From assembly GCF_046105845.1 (NCBI RefSeq), contig NZ_CP151004.1: a stretch of DNA of 64,000 nt; one strand, written 5' to 3'. The notes beneath the pieces were generated by a model. That model was not told the origin of the DNA. It saw only the letters and a list, made by a program, of their open reading frames with translations, and did not search any database. Source of the DNA: Escherichia coli. Its GTDB lineage: Bacteria > Pseudomonadota > Gammaproteobacteria > Enterobacterales > Enterobacteriaceae. Positions 19,432-29,258 of this stretch are shown in pieces (the first letter of the stretch is position 1; every line of letters begins with the position of its first letter). The position numbers were made by a program, and so were the translations under genes.

Positions 19432-20863
19432 GAAATTTCACCCGAGATAACCATATCATTGCACATACATCGTTTTCGACAGCAACCGACCTTGCATATA
19501 GATCACTGGTGTATATATGCCCATTATAATATTTCATTAAATCTATCTCGCCAGTTCCTGGATAAACTGAATGAGGCAGTGCATATTGAGGTGGTACAAG
19601 ATTAGAGGTCCCTTTATGCTCCCATGAATACGTATTCCCACCGTAACTTTTTAATATCATATGACCAGTCTCATGGGCTACATCAAGTTTAAATTCTAAT
19701 CCAGCCTTAAAAACAGGATCCGCGCCTTTCTGATACCCACGGCCATATTCATAATACCCCCTATTGAAATAAATGTTCATACGTCCCATAAAAGCACTAG
19801 ACCTGACGCTTTCTAGATCTTGCTCCTCAATTAAATCAAAAGAATCCATGGCTGGATCAATATTTATTGATACAGAGATATTTACATTATATTTACCGTG
19901 CGGAGTAGTAATATTATTGCCAATTCCGGGATTCCTCATTCCATTTCGTGCCCAATAATACTCTATTCCATCCTTGGCAAGTTGCTTTAATTTTTCAAAC
20001 CCTACAGGTGCAATACGATCATCTTTATGACTCACACCATCATCTTCAAATTCTACTCGCCAACTGACATCAACTATTTTTTGATTCTTGTCTACTTTTA
20101 CATCAATCCAATCTTCCTCATTCGCAGAAGTTTTCAATGGATAATCAACTTTTATCATCATATCACCACATAAAGCAATCAGTCTTACGAGTAGTGATTT
20201 GCTTTTTAGCTTAGTTGTATCCAGTATGTCTTGATTACTGTAGCCATCCCATTGCCAGGCATGCTCTCCCTTATCAAAATATTTACCGGTCTGCTGTTCA
20301 CTATAAATCACTTCATTACCATCAAGCACTTCCAGAGAAAGCGCTTCAGCCTCATCGCCTTTATTTGTGATGGTAAAATCTATTTTTTCTGTATTCTTCG
20401 TACTACCACCGCTAATCATTTCTTTATAATCAGGTATATTCAATGGCGTCAGTATCTTATTACCTGATAATTTAATTCTGTAATCCAGTTTTACATCATC
20501 TGAGGATGAATCAGAACCAGAAGTCAGATCCTTTTTCGCCGACTGCGCATGTTGTTCCGCTTCACTTCCCCCGTCATCCGTCTCATACACATCATCCATC
20601 ATTGACGCAATAAATCGCGCCTTACACGGGCAACTGCTCTGACTGTCCAGCGATCCCGCCATCAGCCTGCCGTGAATATCCGTTTCCGGCACGCCGCCGA
20701 CGATAATAAACATCCCCGAATGTTTACCGCAGGTCACTCTGTCCATATCCCGCGCCTGCGGGATACCCATGATCGTATGGTCGTCCGCCCCTTCAATAAT
20801 TTTGCCGCCGCAGGTGGTCTTATCGCCCCTGACCAGAAAATAGCCTCTTCCCATCGTCATCAC
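19424..20863 (-). CDS. PAAR-domain T6SS effector with C-terminal HExxH (zinc-metallopeptidase-like) domain
   Basis: 479 aa; N-terminal PAAR-like region (GDKTTCGGKIIEGADDHT...VTCGKHSG...IIVGG), acidic/Ser-rich linker, C-terminal domain with VAHETGHM; AT-rich C-terminal half. Confidence 0.65.
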   Translation of the reverse strand: MMTMGRGYFLVRGDKTTCGGKIIEGADDHTIMGIPQARDMDRVTCGKHSGMFIIVGGVPETDIHGRLMAGSLDSQSSCPCKARFIASMMDDVYETDDGGSEAEQHAQSAKKDLTSGSDSSSDDVKLDYRIKLSGNKILTPLNIPDYKEMISGGSTKNTEKIDFTITNKGDEAEALSLEVLDGNEVIYSEQQTGKYFDKGEHAWQWDGYSNQDILDTTKLKSKSLLVRLIALCGDMMIKVDYPLKTSANEEDWIDVKVDKNQKIVDVSWRVEFEDDGVSHKDDRIAPVGFEKLKQLAKDGIEYYWARNGMRNPGIGNNITTPHGKYNVNISVSINIDPAMDSFDLIEEQDLESVRSSAFMGRMNIYFNRGYYEYGRGYQKGADPVFKAGLEFKLDVAHETGHMILKSYGGNTYSWEHKGTSNLVPPQYALPHSVYPGTGEIDLMKYYNGHIYTSDLYARSVAVENDVCAMIWLSRVKFHD

Positions 20864-22497
20864 TCCTTATGCTGCGTATCACACAGTACCGCTGCCCGTA
20901 CCGGATCGATTGTCACCAGCGTTCCCAGCAGGATTTCCATTTTTCGGTTCAGCAGGGCTTTATCCGCATAGCGGTGCGCCCGCAGGCGCAGCAGTTTCAG
21001 TTGCCGGGCTTTTACCTCAAACAGCAGTTCCGGCTCCCACTGCGTCAGCGTTATTCCCTGTGCGGCGGTATCCAGTTCTTCCAGCAGCAGGAGTGCCATC
21101 TCGTTTTTACCGTACTGTTCCGCCACCCGCGCCATCAGCAGCCGCAATAACAGGCGCTGTCGTGCCGTGGTGATGCCCGGACGGGTCTGTATCCAGCCCA
21201 GCGCCGCTTCCACGCCCTGACTGTCTGCCATCTCCAGTGCTTCCGGCTCCAGCGCCAGTACGTCATTTGTGGCGTCGTCTGTCGGTACAGCGGCTTTCCC
21301 CGCAAGCCATGCGCCGTCTTCCCGCATCATGACCTGCTGCGCTATCCAGTTGCGCGTCACCTCATCGGCGAACGGTGTGCCGTCGTTCCATGCCAGATTT
21401 TCCAGCCCCGGCAGGCGTTCCAGCAGTAACGCCAAGTCCTGACGGATAACGGCTGTCCACCTGTCCCACGGTACGCCCGCCTTAGTCAGCGCCTGATGCA
21501 GATACCACTGAATGTCCAGCCAGAAATGGCTGACGCCGGTGCTGAACATCAGGTCGGCCTGCTCCAGCAGTTCCGTCCAGTTCTGCTGGGCATACAGCCG
21601 CTTAAGCTGATTGCGTGACTCGGTGCGCGGCGGGGCCAGCCGGGTTTTGCCGTCCACATCCGGCGGCAGTTCATGCACCGTGTCCCAGCGCAGGGTTTTC
21701 ATCAGCCGGTGCGCCGAAAGCCAGCCCTGCGGCTGTTCATTCAGATAACGGGCCAGCACTTTCGCCTGGTCGAGCAGGTCACGCCCGGAGGTGATGGTCT
21801 GTACCTGTGGCGCATCCACCGGGGATGACGGTGCAGGAACGCTGCTGCTGTTTTGCGGCACCACTGCGTTCATCCCTCCCGACTGCGCCAGACGCGATTC
21901 CAGCGCGTTAATCAGCGGCATCAGGGAGGGGGAATGCTGGTCTTCGGGCCATGCAGTGAAGGAAACCGTCAACTGACTGAGGGCAGCAACAATGTTCGCA
22001 AAATCCTCTTTTGCCACTTCCGGGTAGCGGGCAAGGCTGTCGAGCATCTTTTCCCCCGCCAGCCACTCCAGCGCCATTTTCCGGCTGGCCGGTCGCGAGG
22101 GCAGCAGTTGCGTACCGAAGCGTTCCACCAGTCCGGTCAGCAGCGCCAGTCCTTCCGCCAGTCCGCGCTCACCGTCGCGGTGCAGTCGCGCCCAGATGTA
22201 GTAAGTGGCGATGCGCACGTCTTTTGCCTGCGTCAGCAGCAGGGATTCGGCAAGCTGGCAGATGAGGTCCGTATCCGCGCCGGAAAGTTTGTTCATCTCG
22301 TCGCGGATACGCAGAAAATCGTCGTGGTAGCCGGGGTCTTCCCCGACCGGCGTATCTGTCGTCACCGGCAGCAGCCATGTCTGCCACAGTGCCGCCTGTG
22401 CTCGCGCCACATCCAGTGCATCCCGGTCGGCAAAACAGCTACGGGTCAGCTTTTGCAACAGTTCACTCATCGGCGTCTTCCCCGTATTCTTCCGCAT
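20860..22497 (-). CDS. tssA: T6SS protein TssA (ImpA-family cap protein)
   Basis: About 536-545 aa (possible start at MSELLQKL); TssA-like; immediately downstream of tssM. Confidence 0.8.
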   Translation of the reverse strand: MRKNTGKTPMSELLQKLTRSCFADRDALDVARAQAALWQTWLLPVTTDTPVGEDPGYHDDFLRIRDEMNKLSGADTDLICQLAESLLLTQAKDVRIATYYIWARLHRDGERGLAEGLALLTGLVERFGTQLLPSRPASRKMALEWLAGEKMLDSLARYPEVAKEDFANIVAALSQLTVSFTAWPEDQHSPSLMPLINALESRLAQSGGMNAVVPQNSSSVPAPSSPVDAPQVQTITSGRDLLDQAKVLARYLNEQPQGWLSAHRLMKTLRWDTVHELPPDVDGKTRLAPPRTESRNQLKRLYAQQNWTELLEQADLMFSTGVSHFWLDIQWYLHQALTKAGVPWDRWTAVIRQDLALLLERLPGLENLAWNDGTPFADEVTRNWIAQQVMMREDGAWLAGKAAVPTDDATNDVLALEPEALEMADSQGVEAALGWIQTRPGITTARQRLLLRLLMARVAEQYGKNEMALLLLEELDTAAQGITLTQWEPELLFEVKARQLKLLRLRAHRYADKALLNRKMEILLGTLVTIDPVRAAVLCDTQHKE

Positions 22498-25400
22498 CCT
22501 TCATACTCCTGCCGGTCAGAAATACCTGTCCCGGCAGGCGGAAATTTTTCAGCTCCAGCAGCGCCATCGGCCCTTTGCCCTGTTCAACCCGCAGCAGGTA
22601 ATTCAGCGGCAGGCCGTCCTGCGCTTTCCACACCACTTTAAAGGTACTGCTGTCCACCGGTGTCACCTGCGCCTGTTCCAGCAGACGAATTAGGCTCCAG
22701 CTTCCCCGGTAATCCGCCAGTATACGTTCCATCGCCTGCGTGCTGGTCCAGCTCAGCGATGCGCCGGGTTGCCACTGTTCATCCGGCCAGTTAAAACGCT
22801 GCCAGCGTTCTTTCTGGTTGAAATACTCCAGTTCCTGCCCGTCAATCACCAGATGTGTTTTCATCACGTCTCGGGCCGGTTTTGCCCGCAGTTCAAAATG
22901 TATTCCGGCATCGCCGCTGGCAAAGGCGGTGTCAGCCACGTCACGCAGGCGGTTCAGGGCGCGAATAAAGTCCGGGTTGACCGTCAGCCCCTGCGTGTTC
23001 ATGGCGTCCGCCACCCAGTAGCGGCCTTCACGTTTCAGAACGCCGGAAAGGTTGGCGGCAATAAACTGGTTGATGCGCCCGTCATCGCGCAGATACTGCG
23101 CCAGCAGGGGGAGGGAAGCATCGTTCTGTGAGGCTTTGAACGGGTAGCGACCAGCGAAGTCCTGATTCCAGTGGCTGACAATCGCCCGCTGCCACTGGCG
23201 GTTCAGGCTGTCCGCCGCAGGCGTCAGCACCTGCCGCCACGACTGCTCCACCGGGCGGACGAACAGCGCCTGACCGAAGCCACTCCATTCCTCGCCCAGA
23301 CTGGCGGCGATTAACCGTCCGTAGTCGCGGGTGTCGGTGAGGTCAACGGTTTTGCCCTGCAAGACTGTCTGCGCCAGTTGTTGGGTCATCTCCTGTGGGT
23401 CGGGGGCGTTGGTCACCTGTTGCAGTTTGAGGCGCACGCGGGTGACGCGGGTCAGATACGTTTGCAGGCTGAGTTGCGTATCGCCACCACCGCCTCCGGC
23501 CTTATCGCCCAGCAAACGCAGCAGCGGCGCGAAGGTTTTATCCAGTGGCCCGACAGGCACGTCGTCTTCACGGGATTGCTGCGGCGTTTTCTCCTTGCCG
23601 TTAAACAGTTCCTGTGCCGATTTCGCCAGCGAGTCCGACAGGCCACGGTTTTCCCTGCCAGCCGCCGCCTGCCAGGCGAGGGTGTCCGTCAGCGCAATCA
23701 GCGGCGACTGACGGGCATCGGCCATCAGCGTCAGCTGGTCGAGAATGCCGGAGAGTGAGTCTTCCTTTTTCCAGCGAATGCTGTTGAGAAACGCCAGCCA
23801 GCTTCCGGCAAAGTCGGTAAAGTAGCGTGAGGTGAGACGGTTACGCAGCGTATCCGGCGAGATATCCGCAGAGGTATCCTGCTGGCGGTCGCTGAGTACC
23901 CAGTCGATTTCCTCGCGCCGCGCCGTCACCACCTGCTCGATGGCTTCCCTGACCTGTCCTTCCCACGCCTGACGGGTGAACATCCCCGGCACCGTCTGTT
24001 CCGTACTGAAAAGAGATTCGGTGAGCGTATCCCCGGTCATGTCCGCCAGCGTCATATCGGCGTAGTTGCGGGACACCTGTTGCAGTACGTTCTGGTAGAG
24101 GGTGTTTTCGGCATTGCGCACACCAATCTGGCGCAGCAGGATTTTACGCACCGCGCCGGTCAGTTCCGGTGGCGGCGAGGTTTTCCACTGCGGGTGTTCC
24201 GGCAGGTTCGCCATCCAGAAGGTCAGCAGTGACGGCAACACGCTCTGACGCACACCTTCCGGGATATTTTCATAGCGCAGGCCGTCCGCCATCAGCGTGG
24301 TACTGAAAAAGGCAGCGTCGGCCTTTTCCGGGCGGGAAGTCATCAGCAATGCCTTAAGCTGCTTATAGCGTTGTTCACCAGTGGCGGTACGCTGAGGACT
24401 GTTGGGCGGCAGCGCGACAAAGGCGTTCAGTTGCTGTTGCAGATGGTCAACGGCCACGTCGCGCACCAGCCGGTTTGCCGCCTGTGCATAGCCAGGAAAG
24501 GCGGCGGCGAGCAGTTGCTGGTTACGTTCAAGGCCAAAACGCTGATACCACGGCGCACCTTCGCGGATACGATATTGCAGGCGCTCCAGTTCGCCCTGCA
24601 GGGTATGCAGCGCCACCAGTTGTTCAGACAGCGGCAGCCGGGTATCAAGCGCTCGTGCAGTCTGGATGCTGGTTTCCTGAACAAGCGCGCGGTTGGCGAA
24701 GAAAGAGGTCGTCATTCCGGCCCCCCATATCGCCAGCATGCAGATGCCGCTTATCAGCGCGGCGCGTAGCCACGGAAAGCCCACTGTACGCCCCCGTGCG
24801 TTATCGCCGGTCACGCCCGCCCAGACCGGTGACGGCAGCCACGCATGAGGTGCGGCCTCCGGTACGGCGGTAAGCGGCGGGCTGAACATCAGACCGCGCA
24901 GGCGCAGGGAAGAGAATGCGCCGCCTGCCAGCAGCGGTTTCAGGACGGTCTGCCAGTGAGCGATACCCCGCTCTGCAAGGGTATGAGCCAGACGCAGCAG
25001 GAAATCATGGCGGTTATCGGTCAGCAGTTGCGACATGCCCTGTTCCGTCAGCGGCAGGGTTTGTGCTTCCAGCATTACAGCCAGTTGTTCCGGGGGACAG
25101 CGTTCCGGCAGCAGGCAGCCGACGCTTTGCAGAGGGCGTCCGGTCTGATAATCACCGTTGTCACAGACCTGCCACAAATAGAGTGGGGCCTGAAAACCGA
25201 GTCGCTTACTGCCGTTTATCAGTTCGCGCCAGCCTTTGTCGAGTTGCGCTGTCTGGCGGCTCTGTTCTTCTGTCAGCGCCCAGATGATGCCATCCAGCGG
25301 ACGGCTGCGACGCAGTTTTTTTAAGGCGGTCAGCAGTGTGACATCAGGCTCCGCTGATGGCCTGCCGCCATATATCAGCACCGTGTGGTCGCCCTCCAGC

Positions 25401-25900
25401 CAGTGTTGCCCGGTCAGCCCCGGCGCGATGGCTTCTGCCTGTTCAGGCTCGCCGGTCACCTGCAGCAGGCGGACTTTACGCCGCCAGAACGGACCGTAGC
25501 GGTCGCGCAGGAAGGCGGCGAGTTCCACCATTGCCGGATGACGGCTGTCGGCTTTCTTTGTCGTCACCGCCCGATAGTCATCCCCGGCGGCAAGCTGTCT
25601 GCGGAGTTCAAAGTTCTGTACGGCAGCGTGGCGGTTCAGCAGATGATAAACCCCCATGATAATCAAAAAGACCACGCCTGCGGCAATCACGCCCGCCATC
25701 CAGTACATCTGCTGCGGGCTGCCCGGCTCGACGCCCAGCAATGCCGGTTTACGGTGAATGAGCGTACAAAGTGCAACCACGACAGCCACGGTCATGACGA
25801 TTACTGGCCCTGAGAGCGAACGGGGCCGGAGACGGCTTAATCCCGGAACCACTATGATGCCTCCTGCGGTAAAACGAACGGCGACACCACGGTCGCCCAT
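22463..25900 (-). CDS. tssM: T6SS membrane-complex protein TssM (IcmF-like)
   Basis: Over 1100 aa with N-terminal transmembrane helices; ORF-track N-terminus (to 26113) is over-extended; real start near 25900 or 25795 (uncertain). Confidence 0.85.
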   Translation of the reverse strand: MGDRGVAVRFTAGGIIVVPGLSRLRPRSLSGPVIVMTVAVVVALCTLIHRKPALLGVEPGSPQQMYWMAGVIAAGVVFLIIMGVYHLLNRHAAVQNFELRRQLAAGDDYRAVTTKKADSRHPAMVELAAFLRDRYGPFWRRKVRLLQVTGEPEQAEAIAPGLTGQHWLEGDHTVLIYGGRPSAEPDVTLLTALKKLRRSRPLDGIIWALTEEQSRQTAQLDKGWRELINGSKRLGFQAPLYLWQVCDNGDYQTGRPLQSVGCLLPERCPPEQLAVMLEAQTLPLTEQGMSQLLTDNRHDFLLRLAHTLAERGIAHWQTVLKPLLAGGAFSSLRLRGLMFSPPLTAVPEAAPHAWLPSPVWAGVTGDNARGRTVGFPWLRAALISGICMLAIWGAGMTTSFFANRALVQETSIQTARALDTRLPLSEQLVALHTLQGELERLQYRIREGAPWYQRFGLERNQQLLAAAFPGYAQAANRLVRDVAVDHLQQQLNAFVALPPNSPQRTATGEQRYKQLKALLMTSRPEKADAAFFSTTLMADGLRYENIPEGVRQSVLPSLLTFWMANLPEHPQWKTSPPPELTGAVRKILLRQIGVRNAENTLYQNVLQQVSRNYADMTLADMTGDTLTESLFSTEQTVPGMFTRQAWEGQVREAIEQVVTARREEIDWVLSDRQQDTSADISPDTLRNRLTSRYFTDFAGSWLAFLNSIRWKKEDSLSGILDQLTLMADARQSPLIALTDTLAWQAAAGRENRGLSDSLAKSAQELFNGKEKTPQQSREDDVPVGPLDKTFAPLLRLLGDKAGGGGGDTQLSLQTYLTRVTRVRLKLQQVTNAPDPQEMTQQLAQTVLQGKTVDLTDTRDYGRLIAASLGEEWSGFGQALFVRPVEQSWRQVLTPAADSLNRQWQRAIVSHWNQDFAGRYPFKASQNDASLPLLAQYLRDDGRINQFIAANLSGVLKREGRYWVADAMNTQGLTVNPDFIRALNRLRDVADTAFASGDAGIHFELRAKPARDVMKTHLVIDGQELEYFNQKERWQRFNWPDEQWQPGASLSWTSTQAMERILADYRGSWSLIRLLEQAQVTPVDSSTFKVVWKAQDGLPLNYLLRVEQGKGPMALLELKNFRLPGQVFLTGRSMKDAEEYGEDADE

Positions 25901-27066
25901 GAATAATGTCCACCCTGAACGCCGCTGAGCGTCAGTTGGGGTTGTTGTAAATGCACTGACGCCAGCGCCGCAGCGGCGACGGACAGCCACGGCGCAGCCG
26001 GGCCGGAGCGCCCCAGAAAGGCATCCAGCTCGTACATCAGGGCTTCCTGAGCAAACGGCTGGTTCAGGCTTAACAACGCGGCACGCTGTTCCCTGTCCAG
26101 TTCGGCAGTCCACATGCCGGATATTGCATCTGGCTGCACCGGCATCCAGTCCAGCGCCTGTGCAATGCCTGACACCATCATCTCTGTATCAGTGATACGT
26201 TCAGGACGATGCAGCAGGGCCAGCGGCGTCAGCGCGGTTTGCGTCAACCGGTTTGCCAGCAACAGCGCGGTGGCGGATTCTGCCGTCCGTTCCGGGTTCT
26301 TCGGTTCAAGTCGTACGGAAATCACCAGCAGTACGGCCTTTTCCTGAATAAAGTTGTCCAGCCAGTCGTCCACGGCGGCCAGCCCCGGCTCCGGGGCAGA
26401 AAACAGACGGGCTTCCGGGAGTCCGGCTTTTTGCCATTCGTCCTGCCAGATAGCCATAACCGTTGACTCAGAAAGCGACGTACTGGTTTCTAAAAGCACG
26501 TTGATATGAAAATCATCGGGTAGCAGCGTCAGTTGCAGCCTGATATCGCTGAACAGACGGGAAAAAACTTCGGATAGACGTCCGGTAACCGGTTTATTGG
26601 TTAATACAGGGATGACACTGCGACGCACAGTATCTTCTCCGCGCAAATCAGCGTAAGTATTCAACACCTGCTGACGCGCCAGAAATGCTGTTGTAGTTTC
26701 TGCAACGGAATCACCATTCAGCGCGGTTTGTACGGAAAAACTGAGTATCTGCAACGCCCGTCGTCCCCGTCGCGTTTCCTGCAAAATCACCTCTTCCCGG
26801 CGCTTATTCCAGGCATCAGCCCGAATGTACTGCGTGATAAAAAACAGCCAGCGAACTGAAGCAACCAGCGACCAGATAAAGGCAGGCACACCACAGGCCA
26901 GCCCCCAGAAATACGGGCCGTTTTTTGCCAGTTCATCGCTGGCAAATAATGAAGTCAGGGCCACACCTGTGGACAGCATCAGTAATAAGGCTGACAGCCA
27001 TTTAATGCGGGCTGGCGGTGTGGGATAGGGTTCTGCGTCGGGAATGGCATGGAGTCGAACAGGCAT
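25852..27066 (-). CDS. Hypothetical inner-membrane protein (two N-terminal transmembrane helices) upstream of tssM
   Basis: 404 aa; hydrophobic segments LSALLLMLSTGVALTSLFA and GLACGVPAFIWSLVASVRWLFFI; GC-rich like the T6SS core; no family recognised. Confidence 0.5.
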   Translation of the reverse strand: MPVRLHAIPDAEPYPTPPARIKWLSALLLMLSTGVALTSLFASDELAKNGPYFWGLACGVPAFIWSLVASVRWLFFITQYIRADAWNKRREEVILQETRRGRRALQILSFSVQTALNGDSVAETTTAFLARQQVLNTYADLRGEDTVRRSVIPVLTNKPVTGRLSEVFSRLFSDIRLQLTLLPDDFHINVLLETSTSLSESTVMAIWQDEWQKAGLPEARLFSAPEPGLAAVDDWLDNFIQEKAVLLVISVRLEPKNPERTAESATALLLANRLTQTALTPLALLHRPERITDTEMMVSGIAQALDWMPVQPDAISGMWTAELDREQRAALLSLNQPFAQEALMYELDAFLGRSGPAAPWLSVAAAALASVHLQQPQLTLSGVQGGHYSWATVVSPFVLPQEAS

Positions 27067-27126
27067 AAAAATAATCCGCTATTAAATTAGGTATATGATG
27101 TGGTTATATCCCGCTTTTCGATTAAA

Positions 27127-27504
27127 TTACTCTGATACATTTATGGTATATATTTTGCCAAACCGTCCTCTGCCACCACCACCTATGGAGAATCCTCCGA
27201 TTTCAATGACTATCGCCCCTTTTACAACAGGGATACCCTGAACAATAAGGCAACTATTTTGGTCTGGCTCAAAAACATCAATAGTCAAACCCGAATTCTC
27301 AGGCCTGAAATCTTTCAATGGAAAAAAAGGTACAGGCCCAACTCCTCCTGAAATCTCGATTTTTGCATAGTAACTCTGACCTAATTTTGCATCAGGCAAG
27401 GAGTCTGGGGAAACAGTAGTTTTTGGGATGATTAGCATATGTAAACATCCAGTTAGTGATATTGATAATGAACATATGAGTAAAAATTGAATTGTCTTTT
27501 TCAT
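27127..27504 (-). CDS. Small lipoprotein (candidate immunity protein)
   Basis: 125 aa; MKKTIQFLLICSLSISLTGC lipobox; AT-rich; in the cargo block downstream of the second vgrG. Confidence 0.5.
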   Translation of the reverse strand: MKKTIQFLLICSLSISLTGCLHMLIIPKTTVSPDSLPDAKLGQSYYAKIEISGGVGPVPFFPLKDFRPENSGLTIDVFEPDQNSCLIVQGIPVVKGAIVIEIGGFSIGGGGRGRFGKIYTINVSE

Positions 27505-28397
27505 GACTTGTTAGTGTCAATGTCAATATAAACCTGATTGGATCTAATGTTAAATTTATCTTCAAGTTTTTCACCCGACATATCAAGATTTAGCAGTAAT
27601 TTTTTAATTCCATCGTCGTTATTATCACCTAAGCATGAATTATCTGGTTCGAGGTGGCTATTATCTTTATTAAAGAAGCATATGTATTTCTGGCTCAATA
27701 GATTAAACATTTTTTTATAGATGCGCTGCCGAACAAGCCATTGTTCATTGACAAACGGATATTCAAGAGTACCTACCTTGTAACGCCGTAAGCCCGGCGG
27801 AAAAGCATATAAAGATTTATTCAAATAAATACTGACAACATACTTTTCCCCGGATTTAATCTCGAACCAGTTTCCAGAATCAGGATCGTCATCATAGCCA
27901 TTACAAAATGAACCCAGAAAATCCAGTCTTGAGTTATCAGTAATAATAAGAAAGTCTTGTTTACATGATGAGGTATATGCCATGTCTTGTTTATTTTTTT
28001 TAAAAAAAGTCAGAAAAATATCAGGAAGATAGAATGAATGGTGGCTTTTATTTTCAAATTCTATAGTCATTACAACTTCTTTTTTAGATTTTTGCTCTGC
28101 AAATAAACGGATAAACATGTTGATTTCAGACTGTAGCTTTTTATTTTCTTTATCATCCAATAAGTATCCTGGTGAGAGGAAAACATACTTCTCATCATCA
28201 CGTAATGGATAAAAAAAAGGTGAGTCAGTTACTATTCTGCTTTCCCCATAACCATAACCATACTTCTTAAAAACCAGTAAGTCATCGGCAATTGAATTAA
28301 GTGAAAACAGCAATAAGAAACAAAAAATTGCATAATTAATAAATTTACTAAATGTATGCAAAATAACCTCCTTCAATAAAAAATCAAAAAAAAACAC
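27501..28397 (-). CDS. Hypothetical exported protein (candidate immunity protein)
   Basis: 298 aa; N-terminal hydrophobic signal-like segment (YAIFCFLLLFSLNSIADD); very AT-rich; 4-bp overlap with the downstream lipoprotein gene. Confidence 0.45.
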   Translation of the reverse strand: MFFFDFLLKEVILHTFSKFINYAIFCFLLLFSLNSIADDLLVFKKYGYGYGESRIVTDSPFFYPLRDDEKYVFLSPGYLLDDKENKKLQSEINMFIRLFAEQKSKKEVVMTIEFENKSHHSFYLPDIFLTFFKKNKQDMAYTSSCKQDFLIITDNSRLDFLGSFCNGYDDDPDSGNWFEIKSGEKYVVSIYLNKSLYAFPPGLRRYKVGTLEYPFVNEQWLVRQRIYKKMFNLLSQKYICFFNKDNSHLEPDNSCLGDNNDDGIKKLLLNLDMSGEKLEDKFNIRSNQVYIDIDTNKS

Positions 28398-28448
28398 AAG
28401 TTACATTTTACTCTAAATATAACTTGATTGATTAACAATTAAAGAAGA

Positions 28449-29252
28449 TTACTCGGGTGGTGGTGGGGGATTATTATCAACTATAATTTTTAAATCCTTA
28501 CTCATGTCCTCTTCCACAGATTTTTTTATATCTATTAAAATCTCTTCATTCAGAGCTATCTGAAAATATTTCTCAACATTATAAGCACTTCTGAAAACGG
28601 CCTGATTGTGTTGACTAACCATTGTTTTTGCAGCAGCCAAATGAGCATCACCACTCATAAATGCCGGTTTCCCTTGCGCATTCATATCATGTGTGCTCAT
28701 TCCACCACCAATACCACCTTTGCCGGTCCTACAAAAATGAGACATTTCATGACACAGCGTTGAAACCTGAGAATCAACACCACATAATGGTTTGTCCTTA
28801 AACTTTCCAGCTATAAAAATATGATAATCTTTATCAATAAATTCATTAACTCTGGCAGTGAAATTCCCACATACCGTATTATTAATATAATAGCAAGTTA
28901 ACACTCCATCCTTATCATATCTGAACATTTGATTATGAATTGTTTTAATCCTCTTGATACCATCCTGCATTATTAACAATGCAGTCTGTTTAGTTTCATC
29001 ATCATCTCCTATCAATTCATCACCTTTGGTGCCAAATATTTTATAAAACTCGCTTATCTCTTTTTCCTTCCCCCCCTTATTCCAACCCTCAAGAGAATGT
29101 TCGCGAATCTCAAGAACTTTTTCTTGGGCTTTGTGTGCTCGTAATATCATCTCTTTAAATTTATTAGTAATAACAACTTCAGCGACACAAATCTCTACAG
29201 TAGCTGGAGCTGGAGCTGGCTTGCCGTTTGATATTTTATTTCCCATATACAT
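28449..29252 (-). CDS. Candidate T6SS effector with HExxH metallopeptidase-like motif
   Basis: 267 aa; LCHEMSHF motif; Pro/Ala-rich ends; 7 bp downstream of vgrG copy B; AT-rich. Confidence 0.5.
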   Translation of the reverse strand: MYMGNKISNGKPAPAPATVEICVAEVVITNKFKEMILRAHKAQEKVLEIREHSLEGWNKGGKEKEISEFYKIFGTKGDELIGDDDETKQTALLIMQDGIKRIKTIHNQMFRYDKDGVLTCYYINNTVCGNFTARVNEFIDKDYHIFIAGKFKDKPLCGVDSQVSTLCHEMSHFCRTGKGGIGGGMSTHDMNAQGKPAFMSGDAHLAAAKTMVSQHNQAVFRSAYNVEKYFQIALNEEILIDIKKSVEEDMSKDLKIIVDNNPPPPPE

Positions 29253-29258
29253 TCCCTG

